A DNA stretch of 62,363 nt, the filler included. It is 5 parts of 5 records of this genome, joined end to end, with 100 filler letters (N's around TTAATTAATTAA, not from the genome) between each part and the next. Parts side by side here need not be neighbours in the genome. Positions count along the whole stretch, not along the records: positions 24,237 to 31,905 come from SRR22947725_3746; positions 32,006 to 50,813 come from SRR22947725_3759; 3 more parts are not named here. The stretch is one strand, 5' to 3'. Under the pieces are notes generated by a model. The model saw nothing but the letters and a program-made list of their open reading frames with translations, was not told the origin of the DNA and searched no databases. The position numbers were made by a program, and so were the translations under genes. Within the stretch, counting starts at the first letter, position 1; every line of letters starts with the position of its first letter. Shown piece by piece: positions 29,132 to 40,669 of this stretch.

Positions 29132-29887
29132 TCAGGATTTAGCTAAAGCGACTACGACTTCCTGCTTGGAATTCACGACACCACCCGGTTGCTCAAGCGT
29201 GATCACGAAGGCAGCTGGTTTGGAAACGTGGAGTGCGTTACGAATCGGTATAACTGCTGTTTTACTTCCTGCGGGAATATCAAAGACGCCACCATCGACG
29301 GGCAGTTCATCTCGTTCAGGATCGACGATCCAAAGTTGGTACTGATTTTGAGTCGGATCATTTACAGGAAGATTGGTCAGTGACATATAACCCTCCTGCA
29401 AGCCGTCATTCCATATTACTTCTCCGCTAATATTTTGGTACGGATCACTTGCAGAAGAAAATGCCAAGCGTTGGCTGCTGGGTTCTTTCTTGATAAGAGC
29501 CTCAAGCTTTTGCGTAGAGGTGAGTTGAATTGCTGGAGGCGAGGTATCAGTATCGGGTATGTTTAAAGAAATAACTAAGCAAGCTGCAACTGCCCATCCC
29601 AACCATGGAAGGATTGAAATTATTTGGGTAGCGGGTTGCTGTTTGTTTTTATTGCTAAAGGCAGGAATCGTATCCGCAAGTTTGTTGGAAAGTGAACTGG
29701 ATAAATCACAGGGTTGGGTTTCTTGGAGTTCTAATTCAGTGGCAAGAAAATCAAGTTCTATAGAGTTTGAGCCCTGATGTCTTTCTGCTAGAATTAACCA
29801 TTCTGATGTTTCCTTGGGGCTAAGATCACCCATGACTCTTCCTGCGTCGAGTTCCTCGAATCGAGCCAATGCATTTTCCATACTCAT
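29132..29887 (-). CDS. RskA-like anti-sigma factor
   Basis: Single TM (WLGWAVAAC), YQLWIV, PVDGGVF, FVITLEQPGG; overlaps the sigma stop. Confidence 0.88.
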   Translation of the reverse strand: MSMENALARFEELDAGRVMGDLSPKETSEWLILAERHQGSNSIELDFLATELELQETQPCDLSSSLSNKLADTIPAFSNKNKQQPATQIISILPWLGWAVAACLVISLNIPDTDTSPPAIQLTSTQKLEALIKKEPSSQRLAFSSASDPYQNISGEVIWNDGLQEGYMSLTNLPVNDPTQNQYQLWIVDPERDELPVDGGVFDIPAGSKTAVIPIRNALHVSKPAAFVITLEQPGGVVNSKQEVVVALAKS

Positions 29888-30522
29888 CGGGGCAATTCTT
29901 TGTTAAGGTTGAGTTCATTCAGTAATTTTCGGGCTTCTATCAGACCTCGCCGAAGCTTGGTTTTAACAGTGCCAATGGGCAACTTTGCTTGCTGAGCAAT
30001 CTCGTCATGGGTTAGTCCTTTTTCAAAGTGCAAAGAAAACAATTTCAATGTGTTCTCCGGTAGACTTTGCAAAGCATTCCAAAGTTCGGAACGGTCGATG
30101 GAGTGAAGTGAACTACTTGATGTCGTTGAAAGTTCGGGGAGGCTATCTAAGGTTGCCAATGGGGGAAGTCGGTTTTGTTTCCTTTGCCAATCAATCGAGC
30201 GTCGACGGGCAATCATACCTATGAAAGTTGACTCTTTGGATACCTTGGGATCAAACCGAGCCGCAATGCGCCAAACTTCTGTGAAGATTTCCTGGCATGC
30301 CTCCTCTGCATCCATTCGATCCCTAATTCGCCGGCAAACGATACTCCATACAAGTGAGCCATATGAATCAATACACTTTCTCATTGCTGTTTCATCCCCC
30401 TTGGCGACCAACGGTAAGAGAAGGGAATTTGACGACCCTTGGCTTTCCGAAGGCGGGACAATTCCAAGAGCGAACTCGAAAGACCGAATATTTGAAAAAA
30501 GGATAAAGTTTCGTAACGGCAT
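29884..30522 (-). CDS. ECF RNA polymerase sigma factor (start uncertain)
   Basis: DAEEACQEIF, ARRRSIDW, GLTHDEIA..LPIGTVKTKLRRG. Confidence 0.92.
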   Translation of the reverse strand: MPLRNFILFSNIRSFEFALGIVPPSESQGSSNSLLLPLVAKGDETAMRKCIDSYGSLVWSIVCRRIRDRMDAEEACQEIFTEVWRIAARFDPKVSKESTFIGMIARRRSIDWQRKQNRLPPLATLDSLPELSTTSSSSLHSIDRSELWNALQSLPENTLKLFSLHFEKGLTHDEIAQQAKLPIGTVKTKLRRGLIEARKLLNELNLNKELPR

Positions 30523-30594
30523 GAGGAGGGATTATTGGAAGATGACTCTTCTTTTTGTATGCATCAACGAAAATCATCGGTAAGGATTTCCATA

Positions 30595-31905
30595 TTAGCG
30601 TCCAAACCTTTGTTTATTGGGAAGTTGCATTAGATAAGAATCTACAATGCGGTCTTCCCGTTGTTCGAGTTCACGCAATAGGTCGCGGAAGACGTTACGG
30701 GATGTCCAAGCCTCCCTCGCAAGCTGAGCAACTGGTTGGTCGTCAAGAATCACATTTCTTAGTTTGTTGCTTTGAGATGAACTTGTGAATTTTGAGTATT
30801 TGGTAAGAAATTCATTGCCTCTTCGTATGTAATTACGCCAGCTGGCTTTATACTTACCCTGATCGTATAGCGCCGAACTTTCCTTGATTGAATTTTGGAC
30901 AAATAGTATGGCATCGACTGTGGTTATATCTTTTTCAGGTAGCTCCATTGGGTCTTTAATAACCGAACCGATTGCATTTATTAATCCGTTGAAAGCTTCC
31001 TCATCCGATTCAATTATTCTAATACCGCTAATTTTCGATTTACCCTCATCCTGAGTGAGATAAATCGGGGCACCGTGAATAGTCCTAAGCTTGTTGTAAG
31101 GCTTAGGGTTTTCGCTCACATGCTTGCCGACGATTACATGCCGTGACAAAATACCGTAGAGTTCTTCTGTTCCGGTTTTCCCGTGGTTTTCAATTAATGA
31201 TTTGTAAGGCTCTTTTTCCCATGCTTCGTTGATCGGTGCAAAGATCGTGAATGTGGTTCTGGATGAGGCCAAAGGAAGATCCAGTCCGGTCTCTTTGAGT
31301 AATCGTGTCAAAGTACTGAATTTTTTTTGATTCTTGATCAATTCAAGGAGGCTTTTTTCGGCGGGTAAAATTACATCATCAATGACATGGATGATCCCGT
31401 TGGCACAGGGTATATCCGTTTCGATTATTTTGGCTCCGTCTACAGTGGCATGTTTGTCGTGAAATTTGTAGTTCAGTTGTTGGCCAAAGGCACTGAATGG
31501 CGTTACATCGGAAACGCCAAGACTGCGGCGACCACCCGATGATTTGCCATATGCAAATACTTGTTCGGTAATGTGGTGTTTGATGATATCTTCGAGACGC
31601 TCATCGTTCTCGGGAAGGAATAAAGATTCGACGGTTTTGGAAGGAAGTTTTTTGAAGGCATCGTCCGTGGGTGCAAAGGTAGTGTACAAACTGTGCATGT
31701 TTTGGAATAATTTCCCCTGACGACTGGCGGTGATTGCCTTGGTGAAAATCGTAAATCTTCCATCCTTTTGGAGACGCTGAAAGAGGTCATCAGTGGTAGG
31801 GGTGAGTACCTTGTCGATGAGATATATTACTCCATTCGAGCATGGGATGACCTGACCGGTGAAACGAGCATCTCCAATCATTCCTTCTTTATAATTAACC
31901 GAAAT
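30595..31905 (-). CDS. Multi-fasciclin (FAS1) domain protein, 5' truncated
   Basis: NGVIYLIDKVL, TTFAPTDDAF, NGIIHVIDDVI, TIFAPINEAW; frame open to the contig edge. Confidence 0.9.
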   Translation of the reverse strand: MSVNYKEGMIGDARFTGQVIPCSNGVIYLIDKVLTPTTDDLFQRLQKDGRFTIFTKAITASRQGKLFQNMHSLYTTFAPTDDAFKKLPSKTVESLFLPENDERLEDIIKHHITEQVFAYGKSSGGRRSLGVSDVTPFSAFGQQLNYKFHDKHATVDGAKIIETDIPCANGIIHVIDDVILPAEKSLLELIKNQKKFSTLTRLLKETGLDLPLASSRTTFTIFAPINEAWEKEPYKSLIENHGKTGTEELYGILSRHVIVGKHVSENPKPYNKLRTIHGAPIYLTQDEGKSKISGIRIIESDEEAFNGLINAIGSVIKDPMELPEKDITTVDAILFVQNSIKESSALYDQGKYKASWRNYIRRGNEFLTKYSKFTSSSQSNKLRNVILDDQPVAQLAREAWTSRNVFRDLLRELEQREDRIVDSYLMQLPNKQRFGR

Positions 31906-32005
31906 NNNNNNNNNNNNNNNNNNNNNNNNNNNNNNNNNNNNNNNNNNNNTTAATTAATTAANNNNNNNNNNNNNNNNNNNNNNNNNNNNNNNNNNNNNNN
32001 NNNNN
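31906..32005. other. Artificial contig spacer
   Basis: 44 N + TTAATTAATTAA + 44 N. Confidence 0.99.
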
Positions 32006-32064
32006 GGTAGCGCACCTGTTTTGGGTACAGGGGGTTGCAGGTTCAAATCCTGTCATCCCGACCA
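32006..32064 (+). tRNA. tRNA-Pro(TGG), 5' truncated
   Basis: Anticodon arm CCTGT-TTTGGGT-ACAGG, T-arm GCAGG-TTCAAAT-CCTGT, 3' CCA; upstream of tig as is usual in Actinobacteria. Confidence 0.92.
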
Positions 32065-32093
32065 GTAAATCAACCAACCCCTTGGAGTAGGAC

Positions 32094-33356
32094 TTGAAAA
32101 CCACAGTCGAGAAGCTAAACCCAACACGCGTCAAGCTGACGGTGACCGTCGACGAGAAGGCTTTCAAGCCAGCTCTTGACAAGGCCTATAAGACCATTGC
32201 GGGTCAGGTGAACATCCCAGGCTTCCGCAAAGGTAAGGTCCCAGCACCGGTTCTTGATCAGCGGGTTGGCAAGGACGCAATCATTGGTCAGGCGATCAAC
32301 GACGGCATCGACGACTTCTACCGCGAGGCTCTCATCAGCGAGAAGCTTCGTCCGCTAGCAGCCCCAGAGGTAGACATCAAGTCTGCTCCTAACGCGCAGG
32401 AGCCGACCAAGGAACTGGTTGTTGAGCTAGAGGTCGAGGTAGAGCCAGAGTTCAAGATGCCCGACTACAAGGGTGTGAAGGTAAAGGTTGACCCAGTCAA
32501 GGTTGCCAAGATGGACATCGAGACTGAACTCGATGCACTTCGTGCTCGATTTGGAACCCTGAAGACGGTTGAGAGACCTGCGAAGATGGGCGATTTCACC
32601 ACCATCGACCTAACAGCTTCGCTCGAGGGCGCAGAAATTGACACTGCCAGCGACATTTCCTACGAAATTGGATCCAACCAGCTGCTGGATGGAATTGATG
32701 AGGCGCTAGACACTCTCACTGCTGGCGAGTCCACAACTTTCCGCTCCAAGCTTGTTGGCGGCGAGCACGCCGGCAAGGAGGCTGAGGTTGCGGTGACGCT
32801 CAAGGCCGTCAAGGAGCGCGAGCTTCCAAAGGCCGACGATGATTTTGCGCAGCTTGCCAGCGAGTTCGACACCCTGGACGAACTCAAGGCTGACATTGAG
32901 AAGAAGGTTGCCGAGCAGTTAGGCCGCAAGCAGGTGCTGCAGGCAAGAGACATAATCGTCGAGGAGCTAATTTCTAAGGCCAAGATCCCAATGTCGGACG
33001 TTGCAATTGAGCGCGAGGTCCACAACCACCTCGAGGGAGAGGGCCGTCTCGAGGACGACGTTCACCGCAAAGAGGTCACCGAGGAGTCCCAGAAAAACTT
33101 CCAGACCAGGTTGATTCTTGACAAGGTCGTCGACGCCGAGGAAATCAAGGTTGATGACCAAGAACTAATCGAGTATCTCGCCATGAATGCGCAGAGCTAC
33201 GGCATGGACCCAAACGACTTCATCAAGCAGGTTGCCTCAAACGGCCAGGTCGCCCTCTACGCAAGTGAGCTTGCAAGGCGAAAGGCCGTTGACTTCTTGG
33301 TTGCAAACGCGGAGATTACCGACACCAAGGGCAACAAGGTCGACTACCAGGTCTAA
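32094..33356 (+). CDS. tig: Trigger factor
   Basis: IPGFRKGKVP signature; FKBP domain. Confidence 0.97.
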   Translation: MKTTVEKLNPTRVKLTVTVDEKAFKPALDKAYKTIAGQVNIPGFRKGKVPAPVLDQRVGKDAIIGQAINDGIDDFYREALISEKLRPLAAPEVDIKSAPNAQEPTKELVVELEVEVEPEFKMPDYKGVKVKVDPVKVAKMDIETELDALRARFGTLKTVERPAKMGDFTTIDLTASLEGAEIDTASDISYEIGSNQLLDGIDEALDTLTAGESTTFRSKLVGGEHAGKEAEVAVTLKAVKERELPKADDDFAQLASEFDTLDELKADIEKKVAEQLGRKQVLQARDIIVEELISKAKIPMSDVAIEREVHNHLEGEGRLEDDVHRKEVTEESQKNFQTRLILDKVVDAEEIKVDDQELIEYLAMNAQSYGMDPNDFIKQVASNGQVALYASELARRKAVDFLVANAEITDTKGNKVDYQV

Positions 33357-33429
33357 CGCCCAAGGCGAACAAGCACCTAATTACGCTGCACTCGTGGCTA
33401 TCGTTTACTAGATAGCTAAGGAGTACTAG

Positions 33430-34014
33430 ATGGCAATGCCACAAATGGAGCGCAATAACGTTTTTGAGAGGCTACTCAAAGACCGTATCGTCTGGCTAGG
33501 CAGTGAGGTTCGCGATGAGAACGCCAACGAGATCTGCGCCAAGATTCTGCTGCTCGCAGCCGAGGACAGCGAAAAAGACATCTACTTCTACATCAACTCT
33601 CCGGGTGGCTCGATAACCGCTGGTATGGCGATCTATGACACCATGCAGTACGTGCCCAACGACATTGTCACAGTAGGCATCGGCATGGCAGCCTCAATGG
33701 GCCAGTTCCTGCTCTCCAGCGGAACCAAGGGCAAGAGATACGCAACCCCAAACACCAGAGTCTTGTTGCACCAGCCACTCGGTGGTTTCGGTGGCACCGC
33801 ATCCGACATTCAGACTCAGGCAGAGCTCATCATGTCAATGAAGCGTCAGCTCGCAACCCTGACCGCAGAGCAAACCGGTAAGACCGTTGAGCAGATCATT
33901 GCCGATGGTGACCGCGATCGCTGGTTCACAGCTGCCGAGGCACTCGAGTATGGCTTCATTGACCACATCCAAGAGTTTGCATCCGGTTCAACCGGAGTAG
34001 GGAAGGGCAAGTAA
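33430..34014 (+). CDS. clpP1: Clp protease proteolytic subunit 1
   Basis: [18 protein letters not shown]. Confidence 0.95.
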   Translation: MAMPQMERNNVFERLLKDRIVWLGSEVRDENANEICAKILLLAAEDSEKDIYFYINSPGGSITAGMAIYDTMQYVPNDIVTVGIGMAASMGQFLLSSGTKGKRYATPNTRVLLHQPLGGFGGTASDIQTQAELIMSMKRQLATLTAEQTGKTVEQIIADGDRDRWFTAAEALEYGFIDHIQEFASGSTGVGKGK

Positions 34015-34656
34015 ATGAGTTTTATTGAAACCGGCTCAGGCCGAATCGCAATGCCCGAGGCCCGCTACATCCTTCCCGAGTTTGAGGAGCGCACCTCATA
34101 CGGCTTCAAGCGCCACAACCCCTACACCAAGCTCTTCGAAGACCGCATTGTCTTCTTGGGAGTTCAGGTGGATGACGCCTCGGCGGACGACATCATGGCT
34201 CAGCTTTTGGTTCTGGAGTCTCAGGACCCAGACCGCGACATCACGATGTACATCAACTCTCCTGGTGGTTCCTTTACTGCCCTAACCGCTATTTACGACA
34301 CCATGGAATACATCAAGCCCCAGATTCAGACAGTTTGCCTGGGTCAGGCTGCATCTGCTGCAGCCGTGCTGCTGGCAGCCGGAGCAAAGGGAAAGCGCCT
34401 TGCGCTTCCAAACGCGAGAATCCTCATTCACCAGCCGGCAACCGGTGGTGGCGGACAGGGCCAGGCGTCAGACATCGAGATTCAGGCTGCGGAGATCATG
34501 CGTATGCGCGAGTGGCTCGAGGACACCCTTGCTAAGCACTCTGGCAAGCCCAAGGAGCAGGTAAACAAGGACATCGATCGCGACAAGATCCTTACCGCGG
34601 CTCAGGCTGTTGAATACGGTCTAATCGACCAAGTTCTCTCATCTCGCAAGGGTTAA
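34015..34656 (+). CDS. clpP2: Clp protease proteolytic subunit 2
   Basis: [32 protein letters not shown]. Confidence 0.95.
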   Translation: MSFIETGSGRIAMPEARYILPEFEERTSYGFKRHNPYTKLFEDRIVFLGVQVDDASADDIMAQLLVLESQDPDRDITMYINSPGGSFTALTAIYDTMEYIKPQIQTVCLGQAASAAAVLLAAGAKGKRLALPNARILIHQPATGGGGQGQASDIEIQAAEIMRMREWLEDTLAKHSGKPKEQVNKDIDRDKILTAAQAVEYGLIDQVLSSRKG

Positions 34657-34709
34657 ACACTCCGAGAGCTCCTAAGAGCTTCGCTAAGCGGAAGATATAG
34701 GCTTTTCTC

Positions 34710-35984
34710 ATGACTTTGAGTGAGACAAGTGACCTGCTGAAGTGCACCTTCTGCGGCAAGAGCCAGAAGCAGGTTCGCAAACTCATTGCTGGACCATCGG
34801 TCTATATTTGCGATGAGTGCATTGAGCTCTGCAACGAGATCATCGAAGAAGAGCTGGGTCAGCAGGTCGCCGAGTCGACCGAGTCTCTCGAGCTTCCGAC
34901 ACCCAAGGAAATCAAGTCATTCCTGGACGAATACGTCATTGGGCAGGACGATGCCAAGAAGCAGCTCTCGGTTGCGGTCTACAACCACTACAAGAGAATT
35001 CGTGCCACCGGCACACTCACTAACGCAGGCAAGCCACACGACGATGTGGAGATTGCCAAGAGCAACATCTTGATGATTGGTCCAACCGGGTGTGGCAAGA
35101 CCTACCTGGCGCAGATTCTTGCAAAGCGGCTCAATGTCCCATTCGCTGTCGCCGATGCAACTGCACTGACCGAAGCCGGCTATGTCGGAGAGGATGTCGA
35201 AAACATCCTTCTCAAACTCCTGCAGGCTGCCGACTATGACCCGAAGCGCGCTGAAACTGGAATTATCTACATCGACGAAATCGACAAGATCTCTCGCAAG
35301 GCCGAGAATCCATCAATTACCCGCGATGTTTCAGGCGAGGGCGTTCAGCAGGCCCTGCTCAAGATTCTTGAGGGAACGGTTGCATCTGTGCCACCTCAGG
35401 GTGGTCGCAAGCACCCCCAGCAGGAGTTCATTCAGATCGACACCACAAACGTGCTGTTCATCGTCGCTGGTGCCTTCGCGGGACTTGAATCAATCGTCGG
35501 AGAGCGCACCGGCAAAAAGGGAATTGGCTTCGGTTCGCCGCTGAAAGAGAAGACTGATGACTCCAACGTCTTCCGTCAGGTTCAGCCAGAGGATCTTAGA
35601 AAGTTTGGCCTGATTCCAGAGTTCATCGGAAGGTTGCCGGTGGTGGCGACAGTTGAGCAGCTGGACAAGCCGGCTTTGATTTCAATCCTCACCGAGCCCA
35701 AGAATGCCCTCGTGAAGCAGTATCAGCGGATGTTTGAAATCGACGGCTTTGAGCTTGAGTTCGAACCAGCCGCCATTGAAATGATTGCCGATCTGGCTGT
35801 GGAAAGGGAAACCGGGGCCAGGGGCCTGAGGGCAATCCTCGAAGAGCTACTGAGCCCAATCATGTTTGAGCTTCCAGGCTCTGCCGAGCAAGGACTTGTT
35901 GTCATTACTGCAGACAACGTCGAGAATCACTCGATTCCAAAGATTCGGCCACTGCCGCAGCGCCTAAAAGACAAGTCCGCTTAG
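34710..35984 (+). CDS. clpX: ATP-dependent Clp protease ATP-binding subunit
   Basis: C4 Zn finger, [19 protein letters not shown]. Confidence 0.98.
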   Translation: MTLSETSDLLKCTFCGKSQKQVRKLIAGPSVYICDECIELCNEIIEEELGQQVAESTESLELPTPKEIKSFLDEYVIGQDDAKKQLSVAVYNHYKRIRATGTLTNAGKPHDDVEIAKSNILMIGPTGCGKTYLAQILAKRLNVPFAVADATALTEAGYVGEDVENILLKLLQAADYDPKRAETGIIYIDEIDKISRKAENPSITRDVSGEGVQQALLKILEGTVASVPPQGGRKHPQQEFIQIDTTNVLFIVAGAFAGLESIVGERTGKKGIGFGSPLKEKTDDSNVFRQVQPEDLRKFGLIPEFIGRLPVVATVEQLDKPALISILTEPKNALVKQYQRMFEIDGFELEFEPAAIEMIADLAVERETGARGLRAILEELLSPIMFELPGSAEQGLVVITADNVENHSIPKIRPLPQRLKDKSA

Positions 35985-38014
35985 TCCAGCAGTCCTCTGC
36001 GTGTCAATAGCGGTTCAACCGAAGGCTCTCGGCCTAAGAAGCTTCTCACCAGCTCCATTGAGTCGTGGCTGCCCCCTCTTGAAAGCAGCGCATCGGCAAA
36101 AATCTGGCCGTTAGAGCGCTTGAGTCCGCCATGCTGCTTGAACCAGTTCACGCTCTCTGCGTCAAGGACCTCGCTCCAGATGTAGCCGTAGTAACCACTT
36201 GAGTAGCCGCCAGCAAAGATGTGGGCGAAGTAGTTTGTCCGATACCTGGTCGGCACCGCATGAAACTCCAGTCCATAGCTCGCAATGGCCTCACGCTCGA
36301 AGGCGACAAGGTCCTCGGGGGTGCTGTTGCTCTCGTGCAGGGCGAGATCCAGGATTGCGGCCTGGAGATAGTGCGTGGTCTCGAAGCCTTGGTTGAATGC
36401 CTCTGTTGCCTGAATCTTGTCAATCCAGATTGGGTCCAGCTTTTCGCCACTTTCGTAGTGCGCGGCGTAGTTGGCTAACACCTCCGGCCAAAGCATCCAC
36501 ATCTCATTGACCTGAGAGGGGAACTCGACAAAGTCTCGCTCTACGTTTGTGCCGCTAAATCTTGGGTATTCGACGCTCGATAGCAGGCCGTGAAGGGTGT
36601 GACCAAACTCGTGGAACAGAGTGTTCACCTCGTCGAAGGTCATCAACGCGGGGCTGCCAGCTGCCGGCTTCGGGATGTTCATGTTGTTCACCACAATCGG
36701 CAGCTTTCCGAGTAGGCGCGACTGATCGACCAGAGTGTTCATCCATGCACCACCTGACTTAGATGGCCTTGCATAGGGGTCAAAGATGTAAAGTCCACAC
36801 TTCGAACCATCCTCATAGAAGACCTCATAGACCCAGTTGTCTGTGTGGTAGCCGGTCAGGTCGTTCCTGGGCTCAAACCTCAGTCCGTAGAGTTTGCCGG
36901 CCGCAAAAAACACACCATCTTCTAACACTCGCCTGAGTTCAAAAAATGGCTTCAACAGCGAGGTGTCAACCGAATAGCGCTCCGCCCGCAGCTGCTCGGT
37001 GTAGCGGTCCCAGTCCCAAGCCTTGAGCTCTTCACCTGGCAGCTCACGCTCCATAAGCTTCTGAAGCTCTCCTGCTTCTGCCTCGGCATTGCGCCGGGCT
37101 ATCGGAGCAATTCGCCTCAGCACCTCGTGAATCCGCTCAGGGCTCTTGGCAGTCTGCTTGCTCGTTACATACTGCGAATAATTCTCATAACCAAAGAGCT
37201 TGGCCTTTTCTCGTCGCAAGTCCAGCGCTTCTCTTACTAGGTCTGAGGTGTCATTGGCATTGCCTCTCGAGCCGCGGGAAAGCGTTCGCTCAAGAATCTC
37301 TCGTCTTAGCTCCCTGTCATGGAGGGTTGCCAGCAGCGGGTGGCCAGAGTAGTTCAGCAGGGGAATGGTGAAGCCGTCTTGGCCTCTGGTCTGAGCTGCC
37401 TGCTTACAGCTGTCAATCTCGGTTTGGCTCAGACCCGAAAGCCTCGATGAGTCTGGGAGGTTGATCGCAAGGTCGTTGCTGTCCGCCAAAAGGCGCTTAT
37501 CAAACTCTGCCTCTAGGCCTGCAAGGCGCTCATTGATCTCTGCGACTCGCGCTCGCTCTTTGTCTCCAAGTTCACTTCCTGCGTGCCGGAAGTCCTCTAG
37601 GTACTTAGTTAGTAGCCAATCCGATTCGGCATCGAGACTTAGTTCGCCCTTTGAGCGCTGAGCCTCAAGCTCTGTTAGCCGCGTGAAGAGCCTTGGATCT
37701 AATTGAATTGAGTCCTGGTGAGCGGAAAACTTGGGGAAGATTATTGCCTCGAGACGCTGAATCTCTTCATTGGTATCAGAGGCTGTCTTGTTGTAGAAGA
37801 CATACATCATCGCCGTCAGGAGCTGACCTGAGCTCTCCAGAGCAACCAGGGTGTTCTCAAAGGTTATTTCGGGCTGGCTGACGATTTCTTCGATCTCGGC
37901 CAGGTGCGCCTTGGTTGAAGCCTCAAATGCGGGGAGGTAGTGCTCGTCAGTTAGCTTGCCGAAGTCAGGAAGTTCATATTCGAGTGTCGATAGCTGGAGT
38001 AGCGGATTTGTCAT
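35981..38014 (-). CDS. dcp: M3 metallopeptidase (peptidyl-dipeptidase Dcp-like)
   Basis: [29 protein letters not shown]. Confidence 0.88.
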   Translation of the reverse strand: MTNPLLQLSTLEYELPDFGKLTDEHYLPAFEASTKAHLAEIEEIVSQPEITFENTLVALESSGQLLTAMMYVFYNKTASDTNEEIQRLEAIIFPKFSAHQDSIQLDPRLFTRLTELEAQRSKGELSLDAESDWLLTKYLEDFRHAGSELGDKERARVAEINERLAGLEAEFDKRLLADSNDLAINLPDSSRLSGLSQTEIDSCKQAAQTRGQDGFTIPLLNYSGHPLLATLHDRELRREILERTLSRGSRGNANDTSDLVREALDLRREKAKLFGYENYSQYVTSKQTAKSPERIHEVLRRIAPIARRNAEAEAGELQKLMERELPGEELKAWDWDRYTEQLRAERYSVDTSLLKPFFELRRVLEDGVFFAAGKLYGLRFEPRNDLTGYHTDNWVYEVFYEDGSKCGLYIFDPYARPSKSGGAWMNTLVDQSRLLGKLPIVVNNMNIPKPAAGSPALMTFDEVNTLFHEFGHTLHGLLSSVEYPRFSGTNVERDFVEFPSQVNEMWMLWPEVLANYAAHYESGEKLDPIWIDKIQATEAFNQGFETTHYLQAAILDLALHESNSTPEDLVAFEREAIASYGLEFHAVPTRYRTNYFAHIFAGGYSSGYYGYIWSEVLDAESVNWFKQHGGLKRSNGQIFADALLSRGGSHDSMELVRSFLGREPSVEPLLTRRGLLD

Positions 38015-38023
38015 CCTGCAATG

Positions 38024-40600
38024 CTATTGCTGCTCAGCAAACTCCATTGACGAGATGGCAACCTTGTCCGCTGGCTCGAGAGTCAGGTTTGCGATGCGTC
38101 CAACTGCAGCTAGGTCTCGCTGAGCCTGAGAGAGCACAGAAGGTCCCTGCAGGACCATCGTTTCAATCTCAGCTTTCATTGAGAGCTTCTGGTCAGTCTT
38201 TGACTTACGAATGGCAATTAGTGCCTCTGATGCAGCTGCAAGAAGTTCTGCTGAGCCCTCAGGTAGCTCATCCGGGCTTGGCCAGGCAGCCTGATGCACG
38301 GAACCCTCCTGCCACCAAGACCAGACCTCTTCGGTTGCAAATGGAAGAAATGGAGCCAACAGCCTGACAATCACGCCCAGTGCCTCGCGGAGAGCTAGCA
38401 CCGCAGAACCGATCTCTTCAGGGGCGTAGCCCTCTTGGCTATACGCGCGCTCCTTGACTAGCTCGAGGTAATCGTCGGTGAACGTCCAGAAGAAGGTCTC
38501 GGTAGTCTCTAGGGCCTTGGTGTGGTCGTAATTCTCGAAGGCCTTCGAGGCAGTTCCGACCACTTCACGAAGCCTTGCGAGCATGGCCTTATCGATTGGC
38601 TCAGTGACCTCGGTAACTCCGCCGGGCATCTCGAAGCTGAGGGCGAACCTGGCGGCGTTTAGAAGCTTGATTGCCAGCCTGCGACCAATCTTCATTTGAC
38701 CCTCATCGAAGGCGGCATCGGTTCCCAGGCGAGCACTTGCGGCCCAGTAGCGAACAGCATCTGAACCGTGGGTTTCAAGCAGCTCGTTAGGAACGACTAC
38801 GTTCCCCTTGGACTTCGACATCTTCTTTCGGTCTGGGTCCAAGATCCAACCCGAGATTGCCGCGTTCGTCCATGGAACCTGGTCGTGTTCAAGCTCGCTG
38901 CGAACAAGAGTGGAGAACAGCCAAGTTCTGATGATGTCCTGCCCCTGCGGGCGAAGGTCATAAGGAAACACTTTGTCAAACAGTTCCGGATTGCTTAGCC
39001 AACCTCCTGCAAGCTGAGGAGTGAGCGATGAGGTTGCCCAGGTGTCCATGATGTCGAGCTCTCCAATGAAGCCGCCGGGCTTGCCGCGCTGATCTTCGGT
39101 GAAGCCATCGGGGCAGTCGCTTGATGGGTCAACCGGGAGCTGCTGACTGGATGGAACGATTGGGTTCTCATAGTCCGGCTCACCCGAGGCATTTAGTGGG
39201 TACCAAATTGGAATTGGCACGCCAAAGAATCTTTGACGAGAAATCAGCCAGTCGCCGTTGAGGCCATTGATCCAGTCCTCCAGGCGAACGCGCATAAATG
39301 CGGGGTGGAAACTCATTTCGCTACCGCGGCCGATTAGCTTTTCGGCAAGAGGCCTGTCGTTACCACCGTTTTTGATGTACCACTGACGCGTCGAGACGAT
39401 CTCTAGAGCCTTGTCACCCTTTTCGAAAAACTTCACCGGGTGGGTGATCGGTTTTGGCTCTCCGACCATGTCGCCAGATTCCATGAACGCCTTCACCAGG
39501 ACTTCCTTGGCGCTGAAAACGGTCTTGCCGGCAATCTCCGCGTAGAGCTCGGCGCCCTTTCCATCGAGAATCTCTTGAGGGCCCTCGGTGAGGATGCGCC
39601 CGTCAAAACCAATGATTGGCCGCATAGGCAATTTGAGCTCGCGCCACCAGATAACGTCGGTGACATCACCGAAGGTACAGATCATTGCGATGCCGGAACC
39701 TTTGTCGATCTGTGCAAGGCGGTGGGCAACTATTGGCACCTCTACACCAAAAATTGGCGTCTTTGCACTCTGGCCAAACAGGTGCTGGTAGCGCTCGTCG
39801 TCAGGGTGCGCAACAAGTGCCACGCACGCAGGCACCAGCTCGGGCCTTGTGGTTTCGATGAAGATCTTGCCCTCTGGACCGTCAAAGCCGAGGCGGTGGT
39901 ATGCGCCTGGCATCTCCCTATCCTCAAGCTCTGCCTGGGCGACAGCGGTGCGGAAGGTTACGTCCCAGAGGGTAGGTGCCATCGAGAGGTAAGCCTCACC
40001 GCGGCTGAGGTTATTTAAAAATGCCTGCTGGGAGACCCGCTGGGACTCCTTGCTGATCGTGCGATAACTCTGCGTCCAGTCGACAGAGAGCCCAAGGTTG
40101 CGCCAAAGGTTCTCGAAAGCTTGCTCGTCCTCCTCGGTGAGCTTTTCGCAGAGCTCAATGAAGTTTTGCCTTGAGATCGGCATCTGGTCTGCTGCCTTGG
40201 TGCTCTTGTTGTCTCCTCCTACCTGAGGGGGAGTGAAGTCCTTTTGGTAGGGAAGTGTGGGGTCGCAACGCACCCCGTAGTAGTTCTGAACCCGGCGCTC
40301 GGTTGGAAGACCATTGTCATCCCAACCCATCGGATAGAAGACATCTCGACCGCACATTCGCTGGAACCTTGCAACGACGTCGGTGTGGGTATAGCTGAAC
40401 ACGTGACCGACGTGCAGTGAGCCAGAGGCGGTAGGAGGGGGAGTGTCGATTGAGTAGATGTTCTCTTTTGGAGCATCTGGGTTGAAGCCGTAGACCGCGG
40501 CCTGTTCCCAACTCGGGACCCACTTGGTCTCTAGACCATCAACGCTCGCCTTCTCTGGAATCTGAGCGGGAGCGAGCGGATTGGGTTTTGCGTTATTCAC
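38024..40600 (-). CDS. valS: Valine--tRNA ligase (archaeal-like type found in some Actinobacteria)
   Basis: IDTPPPTASGSLHVGH, GWDDNGLPTE, KMSKS. Confidence 0.95.
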   Translation of the reverse strand: MNNAKPNPLAPAQIPEKASVDGLETKWVPSWEQAAVYGFNPDAPKENIYSIDTPPPTASGSLHVGHVFSYTHTDVVARFQRMCGRDVFYPMGWDDNGLPTERRVQNYYGVRCDPTLPYQKDFTPPQVGGDNKSTKAADQMPISRQNFIELCEKLTEEDEQAFENLWRNLGLSVDWTQSYRTISKESQRVSQQAFLNNLSRGEAYLSMAPTLWDVTFRTAVAQAELEDREMPGAYHRLGFDGPEGKIFIETTRPELVPACVALVAHPDDERYQHLFGQSAKTPIFGVEVPIVAHRLAQIDKGSGIAMICTFGDVTDVIWWRELKLPMRPIIGFDGRILTEGPQEILDGKGAELYAEIAGKTVFSAKEVLVKAFMESGDMVGEPKPITHPVKFFEKGDKALEIVSTRQWYIKNGGNDRPLAEKLIGRGSEMSFHPAFMRVRLEDWINGLNGDWLISRQRFFGVPIPIWYPLNASGEPDYENPIVPSSQQLPVDPSSDCPDGFTEDQRGKPGGFIGELDIMDTWATSSLTPQLAGGWLSNPELFDKVFPYDLRPQGQDIIRTWLFSTLVRSELEHDQVPWTNAAISGWILDPDRKKMSKSKGNVVVPNELLETHGSDAVRYWAASARLGTDAAFDEGQMKIGRRLAIKLLNAARFALSFEMPGGVTEVTEPIDKAMLARLREVVGTASKAFENYDHTKALETTETFFWTFTDDYLELVKERAYSQEGYAPEEIGSAVLALREALGVIVRLLAPFLPFATEEVWSWWQEGSVHQAAWPSPDELPEGSAELLAAASEALIAIRKSKTDQKLSMKAEIETMVLQGPSVLSQAQRDLAAVGRIANLTLEPADKVAISSMEFAEQQ

Positions 40601-40669
40601 TGAGACCTCGGGTTCTTTAGCTTCACTAGATTAACATTGTTAGTCTCAGGATTGAGTTCGAAAGCCGTG

